Positions 28,197 through 39,392 of a stretch of 64,000 nucleotides of DNA are shown here, piece after piece. A program made the translations under genes and the position numbers. Source of the DNA: an uncultured Acidimicrobiia bacterium (lineage in GTDB: Bacteria; Acidobacteriota; Terriglobia; Versatilivoradales; Versatilivoraceae); the NCBI GenBank assembly GCA_963786955.1, contig CAWBAT010000004.1, positions 416,001-480,000 on the forward strand, read 5' to 3'. Every line of letters starts with the position of its first letter. Positions within the stretch are counted from its first letter, which is position 1. Under the pieces are notes generated by a model, which saw only the letters and a program-made list of their open reading frames with translations, ran no database searches and was not told where the DNA came from.

Positions 28197-29394
28197 GTTG
28201 TTGCTTCAGTTCGATAACCTTGTCCAGTATGAGATGGGCAATTTTTGATTTGGGAAGCTTATCGGAATGAAACCGCTGGCCCTCCTTGCTCAGGATGGTC
28301 ACGATATTCGTGTCCACATCAAATCCCGCCCCTTCTTGAGTGACGTCATTTAAGACCAGGAGATCTAATTTCTTGGAGTTCAACTTCTTCTCCGCATTTT
28401 CCAGCGGGTTGTCGGTCTCGACGGCAAACCCGACGATAATCTGATCCTTCTTTTGCTGGCCGAGTTCAGCAAGAATATCGACCGTAGGGACTAACTCAAG
28501 AGTCATGGACTGCGCCGATTTCTTGATCTTCCCAGTCGCGGTGTTCTTGGGCCGGAAATCCGATACAGCCGCCGCTTTAACCAGAATGCTGGCTCGCGAA
28601 AACTCTCGCGAGACCGCTACGCGCATCTGTTCGGCGCTGCGGACTGAGATCCATTCGACATTTTCAGGGGGCTGCAGGTGCGTTGGGCCGCTGACCAGAA
28701 TAGTCTTCGCCCCTCGCAGTTGAGCGGCTCTGGCAATTTCGTAGCCCATTTTCCCCGACGAGCGATTCGTGATGTATCGCACCGGATCAATCTCCTCGCA
28801 AGTGGGGCCAGCTGTGACCAGTACGGTTTCTCCTGCCAGATCCTGAATCGGGGAACCGAGGGCAACGACGGCTTCAACGATACGCTCCAGGGCTGCCAGA
28901 CGACCTATGCCGATGATCCCCTCCGCCAGATAACCTTCCTCCGGGGGGATGATTGTGACTTTAAGGGAGCGAAGCTTTTCCAGATTCGCCTGGACAGCGG
29001 CATGGTGCCACATATTGACGTTCATCGCCGGGGCAAGAACAACCGGCGAAGTCACCGCTAGATAAAGCGTTGAGAGCAGGTCGTCGGCAATTCCGTGGGC
29101 CAGTTTTGCGATGATATTCGCCGTGGCAGGAGCTACCAGCAAAAGGTCTGCAGACCGGGCCAGGTGGATATGATCGATTGCCACCTGAAGACCCGCTTCG
29201 GATTCGTCATTCGGGAAAGTATAAGTATAGACACGATTCTTACTGAGAGCCGCCAGAGTGGTTGCCGTGACAAACTTCCGAGCATTTTCGGTCAGCACGA
29301 CGGTGACATCACAACCTTGTTTTTGCAGCAGCCGGACCAGTTCGGCCGACTTATAGGCCGCGACTCCACCACTCACTCCCAGTAGCACTCTCAT
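28189..29394 (-). CDS. coaBC: Bifunctional CoaBC
   Basis: GVSGGVAAYK, PAMNVNM, TAGPT...DPVRYITNRSSGKMG and AAVSDF motifs. Confidence 0.95.
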   Translation of the reverse strand: MRVLLGVSGGVAAYKSAELVRLLQKQGCDVTVVLTENARKFVTATTLAALSKNRVYTYTFPNDESEAGLQVAIDHIHLARSADLLLVAPATANIIAKLAHGIADDLLSTLYLAVTSPVVLAPAMNVNMWHHAAVQANLEKLRSLKVTIIPPEEGYLAEGIIGIGRLAALERIVEAVVALGSPIQDLAGETVLVTAGPTCEEIDPVRYITNRSSGKMGYEIARAAQLRGAKTILVSGPTHLQPPENVEWISVRSAEQMRVAVSREFSRASILVKAAAVSDFRPKNTATGKIKKSAQSMTLELVPTVDILAELGQQKKDQIIVGFAVETDNPLENAEKKLNSKKLDLLVLNDVTQEGAGFDVDTNIVTILSKEGQRFHSDKLPKSKIAHLILDKVIELKQQRG

Positions 29395-29429
29395 AGTGAC
29401 CCCAGGTCTCAGGTCGACCGGCAAAGAAA

Positions 29430-29657
29430 TTAGTGTCCTTTACTTCCTCTCTGGCTCTTCTTTTTTGCCGGTATAGGACCCACTTTAACCTCGTATTCCA
29501 CCAAACCTCGCGATACCTCTTCTTGAGCCACTTGGGTCATTTTCCGCCCTGGTAACTCAATCAAAGCCTGAGCCCCTGCTTGGAGCTGGCGAGTTCGTCT
29601 GGCTGCGATAATCACAAACCGGTATTTGCTGTCAATTTTGCCTATATTGCGAATCAA
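29430..29657 (-). CDS. rpoZ: RNA polymerase omega subunit
   Basis: DSKYRFVIIAARRTRQL, located between gmk and coaBC. Confidence 0.9.
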   Translation of the reverse strand: MIRNIGKIDSKYRFVIIAARRTRQLQAGAQALIELPGRKMTQVAQEEVSRGLVEYEVKVGPIPAKKKSQRGSKGH

Positions 29658-29658
29658 G

Positions 29659-30279
29659 TTATGTACCTCCGAAGGTTTTAATGATGGATTGAATCCGATG
29701 GGTCATGCGCCCTTTCCGGCATCGTTCAGCCAGGACGATGCTGCGCATCGATTCCATCGCCTGGGAAAAATCGTCGTTAATGATGACATAGTCATAGTTA
29801 TCGTATTGATAAATTTCTTTTTCTGCGGCCCACTGGAGCCGCTTCTGGATGGTTTCGGGATTATCCTGTTTGCGGAGTTCCAGTCGTTTCCGAAGCACTT
29901 CGTAGGAGGGTGGCATGATGAAGATGGAAACCACTTCGGGAAGCTTCTTTCTTACTTGAGCTGCGCCTGCGGTATCAATATCAAGCAGGATATCCTTCCC
30001 CTTTTCCACAACATCTTCCAGCGACACGCTGGCCGTCCCGTAATAGTGATCAAAAACCTTCGCGTATTCAACAAACTTATCCTCTTCAATCATTTTCTCG
30101 AAAACCATTCGATCGACAAAGTGATACTCTTTTCCAGTTAATTCCTGCCCTCGCGGCTGCCGGGTCGTGTAGGAAACAGAGAAAACCAGATTGGAAACAA
30201 GCTGGATTAAGCCTTTGACAAGGGTCGATTTCCCTGCCCCTGATGGTGCTGAAACAATATAAACTTTCCCTCGCTCCAC
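29659..30279 (-). CDS. gmk: Guanylate kinase
   Basis: SAPSGAGKST, SYTTRQPR and YYGT motifs. Confidence 0.95.
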   Translation of the reverse strand: MERGKVYIVSAPSGAGKSTLVKGLIQLVSNLVFSVSYTTRQPRGQELTGKEYHFVDRMVFEKMIEEDKFVEYAKVFDHYYGTASVSLEDVVEKGKDILLDIDTAGAAQVRKKLPEVVSIFIMPPSYEVLRKRLELRKQDNPETIQKRLQWAAEKEIYQYDNYDYVIINDDFSQAMESMRSIVLAERCRKGRMTHRIQSIIKTFGGT

Positions 30280-30304
30280 GATTTTTCTGCCTTTGAACCC
30301 TGGC

Positions 30305-31201
30305 TTATTCTACATTTTGAATCTGTTCGCGAATTTTTTCGACATCCGTCTTAATGCCGATGGCCGCGGTGGCGATCTCCAAACCATTTCCGGTGATTCC
30401 GGTCGTCTTGGAAAGGATGGTATTGGCCTCCCGATTCATCTCTTGAGACAGGAAATCCAGAGTTTTCCCCACCTCCTCTCCGTTCCTGACCATCTCGGCA
30501 AACTGGTTTGTGTGGCTGTGGAGACGAGTCATTTCCTCCGTGATATCGCTCCGCTCAACATAGAGGGCCGCTTCTTGAGCAATCCGGTTGGAATCCAGAG
30601 AGACACCGCGCAAGAGATCCGTCAGACGGGTCCTCAGCCTGTCCTGGTAAGCCTCCAAAGTTCCTTCCATGAGAAGGCTAATCTTGGTGACTTTTTCCTG
30701 AATGGACGCCAATCGGCCAAGAATATCAGCTTCCAATTGATGGCCTTCCTCAATTCGCATTTGTTCGAGATTCCCCACTGCTGCTTCGGTGGCATTCTCA
30801 ATCGTCTCTTCCAAGACACTCGAGGCATCTTCTTGAATGGTCACCGCCTCGAGATTCAGCATCCCGGGGATACGCAAGAGTTGAATCAAATCAATCTCTC
30901 CCGAAAGTCCATATTCTTTTCGGAGCTTCTCCATGGCCCCGAGGTAGGCCCGTAGGAGCGATTCATTTATGGAAACGTCTGACACCCGATTTTGTTCAAG
31001 GGTCACCGTTACATCCAGCCGTCCGCGCTTGATTCGCGACTGGACGAGTTTCTTGATCTTGTTTTCAAAACTAGCCAGTTCGACAGGCAGCCGGATATGA
31101 ATGTCCAGGAAACGATGGTTAACCGCGCGGATTTCAGCGGCGCACACAAATCGTTCCCCTTCGAAACGTCCTCGCCCAAAACCCGTCATGCTTTTGATCA
31201 C
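30305..31201 (-). CDS. yicC: YicC/YloC-family endoribonuclease
   Basis: SMTGFG, VNHRFLD, QEMNREANT and REQIQNVE motifs. Confidence 0.93.
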   Translation of the reverse strand: MIKSMTGFGRGRFEGERFVCAAEIRAVNHRFLDIHIRLPVELASFENKIKKLVQSRIKRGRLDVTVTLEQNRVSDVSINESLLRAYLGAMEKLRKEYGLSGEIDLIQLLRIPGMLNLEAVTIQEDASSVLEETIENATEAAVGNLEQMRIEEGHQLEADILGRLASIQEKVTKISLLMEGTLEAYQDRLRTRLTDLLRGVSLDSNRIAQEAALYVERSDITEEMTRLHSHTNQFAEMVRNGEEVGKTLDFLSQEMNREANTILSKTTGITGNGLEIATAAIGIKTDVEKIREQIQNVE

Positions 31202-31216
31202 AGTCTAAAGCTCCAG

Positions 31217-33046
31217 TTAACTTACCCAGGATGAGTCCAAATCGGCAAATTGCAAATCATGCAGCCGACGATAAATTCCTCCTCGCTCTACCAAATCAGC
31301 GTGTGTGCCAATCTCGCTGATCTGGCCTTGATCAATCACAATGATCTTATCTGCTTGCCGGATCGTCGAGAGGCGATGCGCAATGACAAAAACGGTTCGC
31401 CCTTTGATGAGGTTCGAGAGAGCCTTCTGCACCATAATTTCAGATTCTGAATCGAGGGAGGAAGTCGCTTCGTCCAGAATCAGAATGGGGGAATTCTTGA
31501 GAATAGCGCGAGCAATGGCAATCCTCTGGCGCTGCCCTCCGGAAAGATTCTGCCCGCGTTCGCCGATCACCGATTCGTATCCATTCGGTAGTTGTTGGAC
31601 GAACTCGTGTGCCAGTGCGGCATTGGCCGCCTCAATCATTTCTTCCTCGCTCACCTGATCTCTTCCGTAACAGATATTGTTGCGGACCGTATCATTGAAA
31701 AGCACCGTTTCCTGCGTGACCATCCCAATGAGGGATCGCAAAGAACTCAAAGAAACATCGCGAATGTCAATCCCATCAAAGAGAATTTGACCTGAAGTGG
31801 GATCGAAAAATCGCGGGATCAAATTCGCCAAGGTAGTTTTCCCCGAGCCACTGGATCCTACCAGGGCAATCACTTGTCCTGAAGTGACGCAGAGGTCGAC
31901 ATTTTTCAGGACCGGCATATCGCTATCACTGTAGTTGAAGCTGACATCGCGAAATTCTATTTCATCCCGGAATCCTTTCAAGGTGCGAGCTCCGGGTTTC
32001 TCAACGACGTCTGGACGCTCGCTCATGATTTCAAAAACTTTACCTGAAGCTCCAATCGCTTGCTGGAAGGAATTGTAGATCCCACTGATGCGTCGAACCG
32101 GGTCGTACAGCCCGACCAATGCAGTCAGAAAGACCCCAAACATGCCCGGAGTCAATTGAGAACGCGAGACCTGGTTCTGGATGTAATAGAAGAGGCCCAC
32201 GATGGTAATGGCTCCGACCAGCTCCATATAAGGAGAAGTGATTGCATTCATTCTGGCCCAACTGAGATTGATCCTGGCCAGTCGCCGAGTAGCTGTCTTA
32301 AACTTATTGTATTCAAATCCTTCCATTCCGAATGCTTTGACAATCCGGTGGCCAACAATCGTCTCCTGGAGGATATTCGTGATTTCCTCCATCTTGTCCT
32401 GGCTGGAACGACTGGTCTTCTGGATCTTTCTTCCCAGATACTTGGAGGGATAAATGATCAACGGCGCCAGAGTGAGGGAAATCAAGGCGAGTCGCCAATC
32501 GATGGCGAAGACCAGGTACAGGAAGACCAAAAGTGTGAGCCCTTGCTTTAAGGCGTCGGCCAAAGTGGTTGAGCAGGCAAATTGAATTCGTTCGATGTCG
32601 TTCGTAATTCTAGAGATCAGTTGGCCGGTGGAATGGGTATGAAAGAAACTGGAAGACTGATGAATTACCCGGTAATAGACGGCATTCCTGAGATCCATCA
32701 CGACACCCTGGCCTAAATAGCTCAGAAGATAGGTCGAGAAGTATTCCGTCAGTCCTTTGATCAAGGTCGCCCCAACGATCATCAATCCAATTGCAATCGC
32801 GAGCGGGAGATGAGGAAAGGGGTTGATCTGGTCAAGATAAACCTTTCCTTTCAGAAAAGGGGATTTCGGAAGCAGTTCGATGCGGGCAGTGTTTGTGGAG
32901 AGGGTTAATAAATTGTCAATGATGGGACGAACCAGCAGAGCGCGCAGCCCTTCGAGAGATGCAGTGGCTCCCATGAGAACCAAGGCAAGAAGCAACACAT
33001 AAAGGTAAGGCTTTATGAAGCGAGCAATTCCCCATGATTTCAGCAT
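31217..33046 (-). CDS. msbA: MsbA-like ABC exporter (TMD + NBD)
   Basis: GSSGSGKT, LSGGQRQR and LDEATSSLD motifs with N-terminal TM helices. Confidence 0.8.
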   Translation of the reverse strand: MLKSWGIARFIKPYLYVLLLALVLMGATASLEGLRALLVRPIIDNLLTLSTNTARIELLPKSPFLKGKVYLDQINPFPHLPLAIAIGLMIVGATLIKGLTEYFSTYLLSYLGQGVVMDLRNAVYYRVIHQSSSFFHTHSTGQLISRITNDIERIQFACSTTLADALKQGLTLLVFLYLVFAIDWRLALISLTLAPLIIYPSKYLGRKIQKTSRSSQDKMEEITNILQETIVGHRIVKAFGMEGFEYNKFKTATRRLARINLSWARMNAITSPYMELVGAITIVGLFYYIQNQVSRSQLTPGMFGVFLTALVGLYDPVRRISGIYNSFQQAIGASGKVFEIMSERPDVVEKPGARTLKGFRDEIEFRDVSFNYSDSDMPVLKNVDLCVTSGQVIALVGSSGSGKTTLANLIPRFFDPTSGQILFDGIDIRDVSLSSLRSLIGMVTQETVLFNDTVRNNICYGRDQVSEEEMIEAANAALAHEFVQQLPNGYESVIGERGQNLSGGQRQRIAIARAILKNSPILILDEATSSLDSESEIMVQKALSNLIKGRTVFVIAHRLSTIRQADKIIVIDQGQISEIGTHADLVERGGIYRRLHDLQFADLDSSWVS

Positions 33047-33089
33047 TCTTAATGGTTCTCAGCTGGCGAGACCCTACACCCCGAGCGCG

Positions 33090-33118
33090 AAAGTATCCGC
33101 TTTTGGCTGAATTGTCAA
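33090..33118 (-). promoter_or_regulatory. Sigma70-like promoter for the msbA-yicC-gmk-rpoZ-coaBC-udg operon
   Basis: Minus-strand TTGACA-N17-TACTTT. Confidence 0.6.
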
Positions 33119-33379
33119 GGTTAGTGGGGCAGAGCAACCAATTACGATGTTCGTGTTGAGTTGAAAAGCGGGGAGTTTGGAGTAGTACCACCCATCCTTA
33201 CAGTGAGGGTTGTCCGGACATGAACCGCAGAAGCCAGTGTCAAGACTGGTGATGAGAAGTAACAAATTGTCTGAAATGGTCTTTACTCGTTTTCGTCATA
33301 GGGTTTCGAATATGATAGTTAGTCAATGGCTGCACGAAATTCTTGAAAATATTCAGGAAATTTCCGGGCGAAGATCTCA

Positions 33380-34498
33380 ATGGTTGCTGCTAACACTTCT
33401 GGAATCTCAAAAATTCGTCGTTATCCATGTCCGGGTTGTTCCGCCGAGTTGCTGTTTGAACCGAAAGAGGGCTGCCTTACCTGTCCGTATTGCGGCCGCA
33501 CGGAACAGATTCCAGCCAGCACAGGCGAAGTTCAGGAAAGGTCATATCTAGACTACCTGGACCTGAAACCCGGACAACTTCAAGAGACCGAAACAGGTGT
33601 ATCGGAGGTCCAGTGCAGCAGTTGCGGAGCCAGTGTCTCCTTTACGCCGCCTGTCGTCGCCGGACAATGTGATTTCTGCGCGTCGCCGATCGTTGCTCAA
33701 CCGGCTGTTCCAAGTCCCATCCTGGCGCCCGAATCGGTTTTACCCTTCAGCTTCCCCCAAGCCCGCGCCTCTGAGGCCTTTAGATCCTGGCTGGGATCCC
33801 GATGGTTTGCACCCAATGCTTTAGTCCACCTTGCTCGACAGGAAGGAATCAGTGGAATCTACCTGCCGTTCTGGACTTTCGATGCTCATACTCTCAGCCA
33901 TTACACAGGAGAACGCGGAGAGTATTATTGGGAGACCGAAACCTACCAAGGCAGAGATGAGCAGGGGAGAAATGTGGCCAAGACTCGCCAGATCCGAAAG
34001 ACGCTCTGGCATCCAGCATCTGGTCAGGTTGAACGCTGGTTCGACGACGTGCTCATACCCGCCACACTTTCCATTCCGTCCGCCCGGATAAAATCTCTGG
34101 AGCCCTGGGACCTTAATGAATTAAAACCGTATCAGCCGGCCTATCTTTCCGGATTTAAGGCACAGCGTTACCAAATCGATCCCAAAGAAGGCTTTGAGAA
34201 TGCAAAACAATTGATGGCTTTACTAATCACGGAGGATATCCGTCAGGACATTGGCGGGGACGAGCAACGAGTACACCAAGTCGCAACGGCCTATTCAGCG
34301 ATCACCTTCAAACACTTACTCCTGCCCGTTTGGATCAGTGCCTACCGTTTCCAAGACAGGGCTTATCAGGTGGTTGTAAACGCCCGAACGGGGGAGGTTC
34401 AAGGGGAACGTCCGTACAGTCTACTAAAGATCTCGGCCTTTGTGGTGTTTCTGATCCTGATCTTCTTTCTGTTCATATTACTTTCTCAGCAGCGGTAA
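33380..34498 (+). CDS. Double zinc-ribbon membrane-anchored protein
   Basis: CPGC...CPYC and CSSC...CDFC, YLPFWTFD, LLPVW...NARTGEVQGERP and a C-terminal TM helix. Confidence 0.7.
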   Translation: MVAANTSGISKIRRYPCPGCSAELLFEPKEGCLTCPYCGRTEQIPASTGEVQERSYLDYLDLKPGQLQETETGVSEVQCSSCGASVSFTPPVVAGQCDFCASPIVAQPAVPSPILAPESVLPFSFPQARASEAFRSWLGSRWFAPNALVHLARQEGISGIYLPFWTFDAHTLSHYTGERGEYYWETETYQGRDEQGRNVAKTRQIRKTLWHPASGQVERWFDDVLIPATLSIPSARIKSLEPWDLNELKPYQPAYLSGFKAQRYQIDPKEGFENAKQLMALLITEDIRQDIGGDEQRVHQVATAYSAITFKHLLLPVWISAYRFQDRAYQVVVNARTGEVQGERPYSLLKISAFVVFLILIFFLFILLSQQR

Positions 34499-34517
34499 GT
34501 TCTGGGAGAACTCAGCC

Positions 34518-35819
34518 ATGAATAAACACTTTATGATACTAGCCTCTTGGGTATTAGTTTCTCATTGGAGTTTGTCGATGGGTATCCAGGCGGGAGAGTT
34601 CCGCTACGAGATTCTCCTCAAGGGGGGCACGGTCATTGACCCTCAGAATGGGGTAAACGGAAAACGCGATCTTGCAATCACAAATGGAAAAGTCGCCGCG
34701 GTCGCGGAATCCATTTCTGCGTCAGACGTCCAAAAGGTGATCGATGTCACAGGACTGTATGTGACACCGGGTCTGGTTGACATCCATACTCACCTCTATG
34801 CCAGTTCCGGATTCAGAGACGCCTGGGCTGGGGATAACAGTGTCCTGCCGGACGGGTTTAGTTTTCGCACCGGCGTGACCACCATGGTCGATGCAGGCAG
34901 CTCAGGGTGGAGGAATTTTGAAGATTTTCGGAACCGAGTGGTTGATCGCGCCCAAACGCGAGTGTTTGCTTTGTTGAACATTGTAGGTTTAGGAATGATC
35001 AGCGACAGCATTGAACAAAACATCCAGGACATGGACCCTCAGGCCACCGCTGAAATGGCCAGGAAACACAGTGACGTTATCGTAGGCATCAAAACGGCCC
35101 ATTACCATGGACCAGACTGGGTTCCCGTAGAGCGAGCCGTCGAAGCGGGGACACAGGTCAATCTTCCTGTCATGGTGGATTTCGGGTATTTTCGACGAGA
35201 ACGGCCCTTCTTCCGCCTGGTCACCGAAAAATTGCGCGCTGGGGACATCGCCACCCACATGTACCGAGGTCCAGTGCCTTATATGGACAACCATGGCGAA
35301 ATTTATGTGTATTTGGAGAAGGCCCGAAAGCGGGGAATCAAGTTTGACGTAGGACATGGGGGCGGAAGTTTCGTGTTCCGAAATGCCGCTGCCAGCGTTC
35401 ATCTCGGTTTCTTCCCCGATTCCATTTCCACGGACCTGCACACCGGAAGCATGAATGCCGGGATGATGGATATGGTGACCACGATGTCAAAAATGCTGGT
35501 GTTGGGTATTCCGCTGGTTGAAGTGATTCGCGAGTCCACCATAAACCCCGCGAAGATGATTCATCATCCAGAACTCGGGCATTTGTCGGTGGGACAGATT
35601 GCCGATATCGCCGTGTTGAACTTAATGACGGGCCATTTTGGCTATGTGGACTCTTTTGGCGGCAAAGTGGAAGGGGCCGAGCGGCTTCACTGTGAGATGA
35701 CCCTTAAAGGCGGAAAAATCGTTTGGGATTGGAATGGCCGAGGAGCACGGGACTACCGTCAGCTTGATGAGAAGTATGGGGTTCAGGAAACTGATCAACT
35801 CGTCCTGCCAACCCCGTGA
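34518..35819 (+). CDS. Amidohydrolase/deacetylase (dihydroorotase-like metallohydrolase)
   Basis: PGLVDIHTH, GVTTMVDAG, DVGHGGGS and SISTDLH motifs, with a signal-like N-terminus. Confidence 0.85.
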   Translation: MNKHFMILASWVLVSHWSLSMGIQAGEFRYEILLKGGTVIDPQNGVNGKRDLAITNGKVAAVAESISASDVQKVIDVTGLYVTPGLVDIHTHLYASSGFRDAWAGDNSVLPDGFSFRTGVTTMVDAGSSGWRNFEDFRNRVVDRAQTRVFALLNIVGLGMISDSIEQNIQDMDPQATAEMARKHSDVIVGIKTAHYHGPDWVPVERAVEAGTQVNLPVMVDFGYFRRERPFFRLVTEKLRAGDIATHMYRGPVPYMDNHGEIYVYLEKARKRGIKFDVGHGGGSFVFRNAAASVHLGFFPDSISTDLHTGSMNAGMMDMVTTMSKMLVLGIPLVEVIRESTINPAKMIHHPELGHLSVGQIADIAVLNLMTGHFGYVDSFGGKVEGAERLHCEMTLKGGKIVWDWNGRGARDYRQLDEKYGVQETDQLVLPTP

Positions 35820-37922
35820 CGCAAGAGCCAGCCTTGAGAGTTGATCACGGGTTGGCTTTCGAGAGGGGCAGGCCGCATGTAACTGCCGTCGCTTAGCATG
35901 ATCCGGGCCTTGAGATTATCCGTAAGATACACAGCAAGTACTTCTTCCCTCAGATATTGAATATGTCTTGGACTCTCTATTGGAAAAAGTACCTCGACTC
36001 GATGATTCAGATTACGCGGCATCAGGTCAGCACTCCCCAAATAGATCTGTTCCTCCCCGCCGTTGCGAAAATAAAAGATCCGGCTATGTTCCAGAAAGCG
36101 GCCCACAATACTCCGAACCCGAATATTCTCGCTGATCCCTTCAAGACCCGGCCGCAATGAGCAGATTCCACGAACGATCAAGTCAATTTGCACACCTGCC
36201 TGGGAAGCTTGGTACAGCAGGCGAATGATCGATGTGTCCATCAACGAATTCATTTTAAAGATCAGCCGCCCTTGCCGCCCTTGCTGTTGATGTCGGATTT
36301 CCCTGCGAATGAGGCTCTCCAGGCGATCGCGTAAATTAATAGGAGCAACCAGCAGCTTACGATAGTTGGTCTTAGCAGAATAGCCGGTGAGGTAGTTAAA
36401 TAGGTCTGTCGCATCCGCCCCGAGCTCTTCGTCACAGATAAAATATCCCAGGTCTGTATAAAGTTGGGCAGTCACATGATTATAGTTTCCGGTGGAGAGA
36501 TGAACATAACGGCGGATACTATTCCCCTCGCGGCGAACAACAAGGGCAATCTTGGAGTGGGTTTTCAAGCCGAGCAGGCCGTACACGACGTGCACGCCCT
36601 CACGCTCCAGGGCGCGGGCCCAATGGATGTTGCTTTCTTCGTCAAATCGCGCTTTCAACTCCACCAGGGCGGCCACTTGCTTCCCGTTTTCCTGGGCCTT
36701 CAAAAGTGCTTCGACGATGGGTGAATTCTTTCCAATGCGATACAGCGTCATTTTGATTGCCAGCACATCCTCATCTATCGCCGCCGCCTGGAGAAAATCA
36801 ACCACCGGGGTAAAGGAGTCGAACGGGTGATGGAGAAGAATAGAATCCCGCCGGATGGATGAAAAAAACTCACTCGAGTCAACACAATGATCCAGCCCCT
36901 GTGGAATTGCAGGCAGAAAAGACACTTCTTTCAAATCATAGCGGCCGAGCTGATACAAGCCCATCAAACGACTGATCCCTAACGGACCATCAACAGCATA
37001 AACATCCTCTGGGCCTATTTCGAGATTGCTCATCAGGAGTTCCAAAATATGGGAAGGCATAGACTTGTTGACCGTCAGCCGGACAACTGTTCCGAAACGC
37101 CTTTGCCGGACGCTTTCTTCGATGGTCTCGAGAAGATCGTCCGCTTCAAGTTCCTGGATGACCATATCCGCGTTGCGCGTCACACGAAAGGGATGCACTT
37201 CCAATATATCCATCCCAGGGAATAGAGCTTTGAGATTCGCGGTGATGATCTGGTCGAGCCAGACAAAGGTGTGAGACTTCGGTCCATGCAGGTTAAGTTC
37301 AGTCTCTTCCAAGCTGTTTTTAAGAGGAACAAGCTGAGGCAAGGTTCCGGGAACTTTGACGCGCGCGAAATGTTCTTCTCCGGCTCTGTCACGGATGAGA
37401 ATGCCCAGATTCAAACTGAGATTGGAGATGTGAGGAAACGGCCGCCCCGGATCGAAGGCTAGAGGGGTTAACACAGGGAAGACAACTTCTTGAAAATACC
37501 GGTCAACTTCCGCTTTTTGATCTTGATTCAGATTTCCATACTCCAAAAGATAGACGCCTGCTTTTTGGAGCGCGGGGAAGGAGATCCTCAGCCAGAGACT
37601 GGCGAGAGCGCTCAATAATTCGCAAAGCCAGATTGCGAACCGCCACCAATTGAGCTGCGGGGGTCAGGCCATCCGGGGAAATGTCATGAACCCCGGCTTC
37701 GATCTGTTGTTTCAATCCGGCGACTCGAACCATGAAAAACTCATCAAGGTTTGACCCAACGATGGACATAAACTTAATCCGCTCGAGGAGAGGATTGCGT
37801 TCGTCTTCGGCTTCTTCCAATACCCGAAGCTGAAACTCCAACAAACTGAGCTCTCGGTTGATATAATACCTGGGGCTCTCTAGATCGATTTCCGTATTCT
37901 GATCGAGATTGACAGGCTGCAT
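35795..37922 (-). pseudogene. ppk1: Polyphosphate kinase 1, split by a +1 frameshift near 37574-37577
   Basis: N-part INRELS...[13 protein letters not shown]; C-part PFPHISNLS, ELKARFDEE, KTHSK and FLEHSR. Removing one base from the G4 run joins EDLLP-ALQKAG. Confidence 0.88.
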
Positions 37923-38017
37923 TGGACGCCCCCCGCGCCTTGAGATGAGAATAGCCGAATATTGTACATGAACCTTTCCCTAAAGAGAAAAATATCAGTT
38001 TCTAAGAGGAGTATCAC

Positions 38018-38812
38018 ATGCTGAAAATCAGGGTGAGTATGTGGGCACTCGGGATATTATGTTTGACCGGCTGCTTTACGGAGCGGGAACCTCTCAAGGG
38101 TCTCCTGGTGGACCTAACTTATTCATTCGACAGTAAAACCATTTACTGGCCGACAGAAAATGGGTTCCTCTTAGAGCGTGAGGCTGAAGGGATGACGGAA
38201 AAGGGTTATTTCTATTCCTCCAATCGTTTCGTGGCCGCTGAGCATGGGGGAACTTATATAGATGCTCCATACCATTTTTCGAAGGACGGAAACACCCTTG
38301 ATCCTGTACCTCTGGAAAGGCTCATCGGACCTGGAGTGGTGATCGATGTCTCATCGCAGTGCGAACACAACCCGGATTTCCAAATCCAGACCGAAGACCT
38401 GAAAGCTTGGGAAAAGAATCATGGCCAACGACTGGATGGCAAAATCATACTTTTCAGGACAGGATTCGGGAAACATTGGCCGGACAGGATGCGCTATTTG
38501 GGGACCGATGAAAAAGGGTCCGATGCGGTTGCGAAATTGCATTTCCCCGGACTGCATCCGGAAGCCGCACGCTGGCTGGCCAACGAACGCTCCCCCAAAG
38601 CGGTTGGCCTGGATACAGCAAGCATCGACTACGGCCAATCCACTCTTTTCGAGAGCCATGTGGCACTCTATTCGAAAAACATCCCTGCGCTCGAGAATGG
38701 GGCCAATCTCGACCAACTTCCCGAGTCGGGATTTACGCTCATTGCCTTACCGATGAAAATCCGGGAAGGCAGTGGCGGACCAGTGAGGATCGTGGCTCTA
38801 CTTCCAAATTGA
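38018..38812 (+). CDS. Cyclase-family (kynurenine-formamidase-like) protein, probable lipoprotein
   Basis: EHGGTYIDAPYHF, HFPG and GSGGPVR motifs; lipobox LTGC. Confidence 0.85.
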   Translation: MLKIRVSMWALGILCLTGCFTEREPLKGLLVDLTYSFDSKTIYWPTENGFLLEREAEGMTEKGYFYSSNRFVAAEHGGTYIDAPYHFSKDGNTLDPVPLERLIGPGVVIDVSSQCEHNPDFQIQTEDLKAWEKNHGQRLDGKIILFRTGFGKHWPDRMRYLGTDEKGSDAVAKLHFPGLHPEAARWLANERSPKAVGLDTASIDYGQSTLFESHVALYSKNIPALENGANLDQLPESGFTLIALPMKIREGSGGPVRIVALLPN

Positions 38813-38856
38813 AAGGCTGCTTGGAGGGGACCGTCACAAACTCAAGAGGAATTGCG

Positions 38857-39090
38857 ATGTTTAGACGCTCTAAATTCTTCAGCGATATAAACTCACCTTC
38901 ATTCGGTAGAAGATTGGCTGCTATCGCCGTTTTCGTCGGGATACCGTGGGCGCTTTCGGAATATATGATTTACTTGGTTATTCCAAGGAATGGACAGCCA
39001 GATCATAGGAATACCTATCTCAATCTTCTCGGGGCTTCTTGTTTCCTTTCTTTTTGCCGTTACGCGAGGTATTTGGGGAAGGAGACTTAA
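38857..39090 (+). CDS. Small hypothetical membrane protein
   Basis: ORF with two hydrophobic segments and a GAGGA RBS before ATG at 38857. No family recognised. Confidence 0.3.
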   Translation: MFRRSKFFSDINSPSFGRRLAAIAVFVGIPWALSEYMIYLVIPRNGQPDHRNTYLNLLGASCFLSFCRYARYLGKET

Positions 39091-39392
39091 TAAAAAAGGG
39101 AAAGACCTTGATTCTCGTTGACGGTAAAGCATAAGAGGAGATGAGAGCGAACATGTTTACAAGCCATTGGATCTCAAGCTTTCTACATTTCAGGGTCACA
39201 ATCGAGTACCATTTCCCCAGGCTTTTTAGGTTTGCCTGACTCTTTCGCCCCCCCTAAATCTCGCAACCTTATTGGCACCCGCCGTTAAACGGTTTTTTCT
39301 TTGTAATGTTTCTCTTGACAAACACCAGTCGAATCGACTAATTTTTGCATTTTGCACACTGGGCGTTTGTGTCCCTTTTATAGAGGATTCTT

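Noticed and set aside
35795-35819. 25-nt overlap of the convergent amidohydrolase and ppk1 3' ends
   Set aside because: Short convergent overlaps are common.
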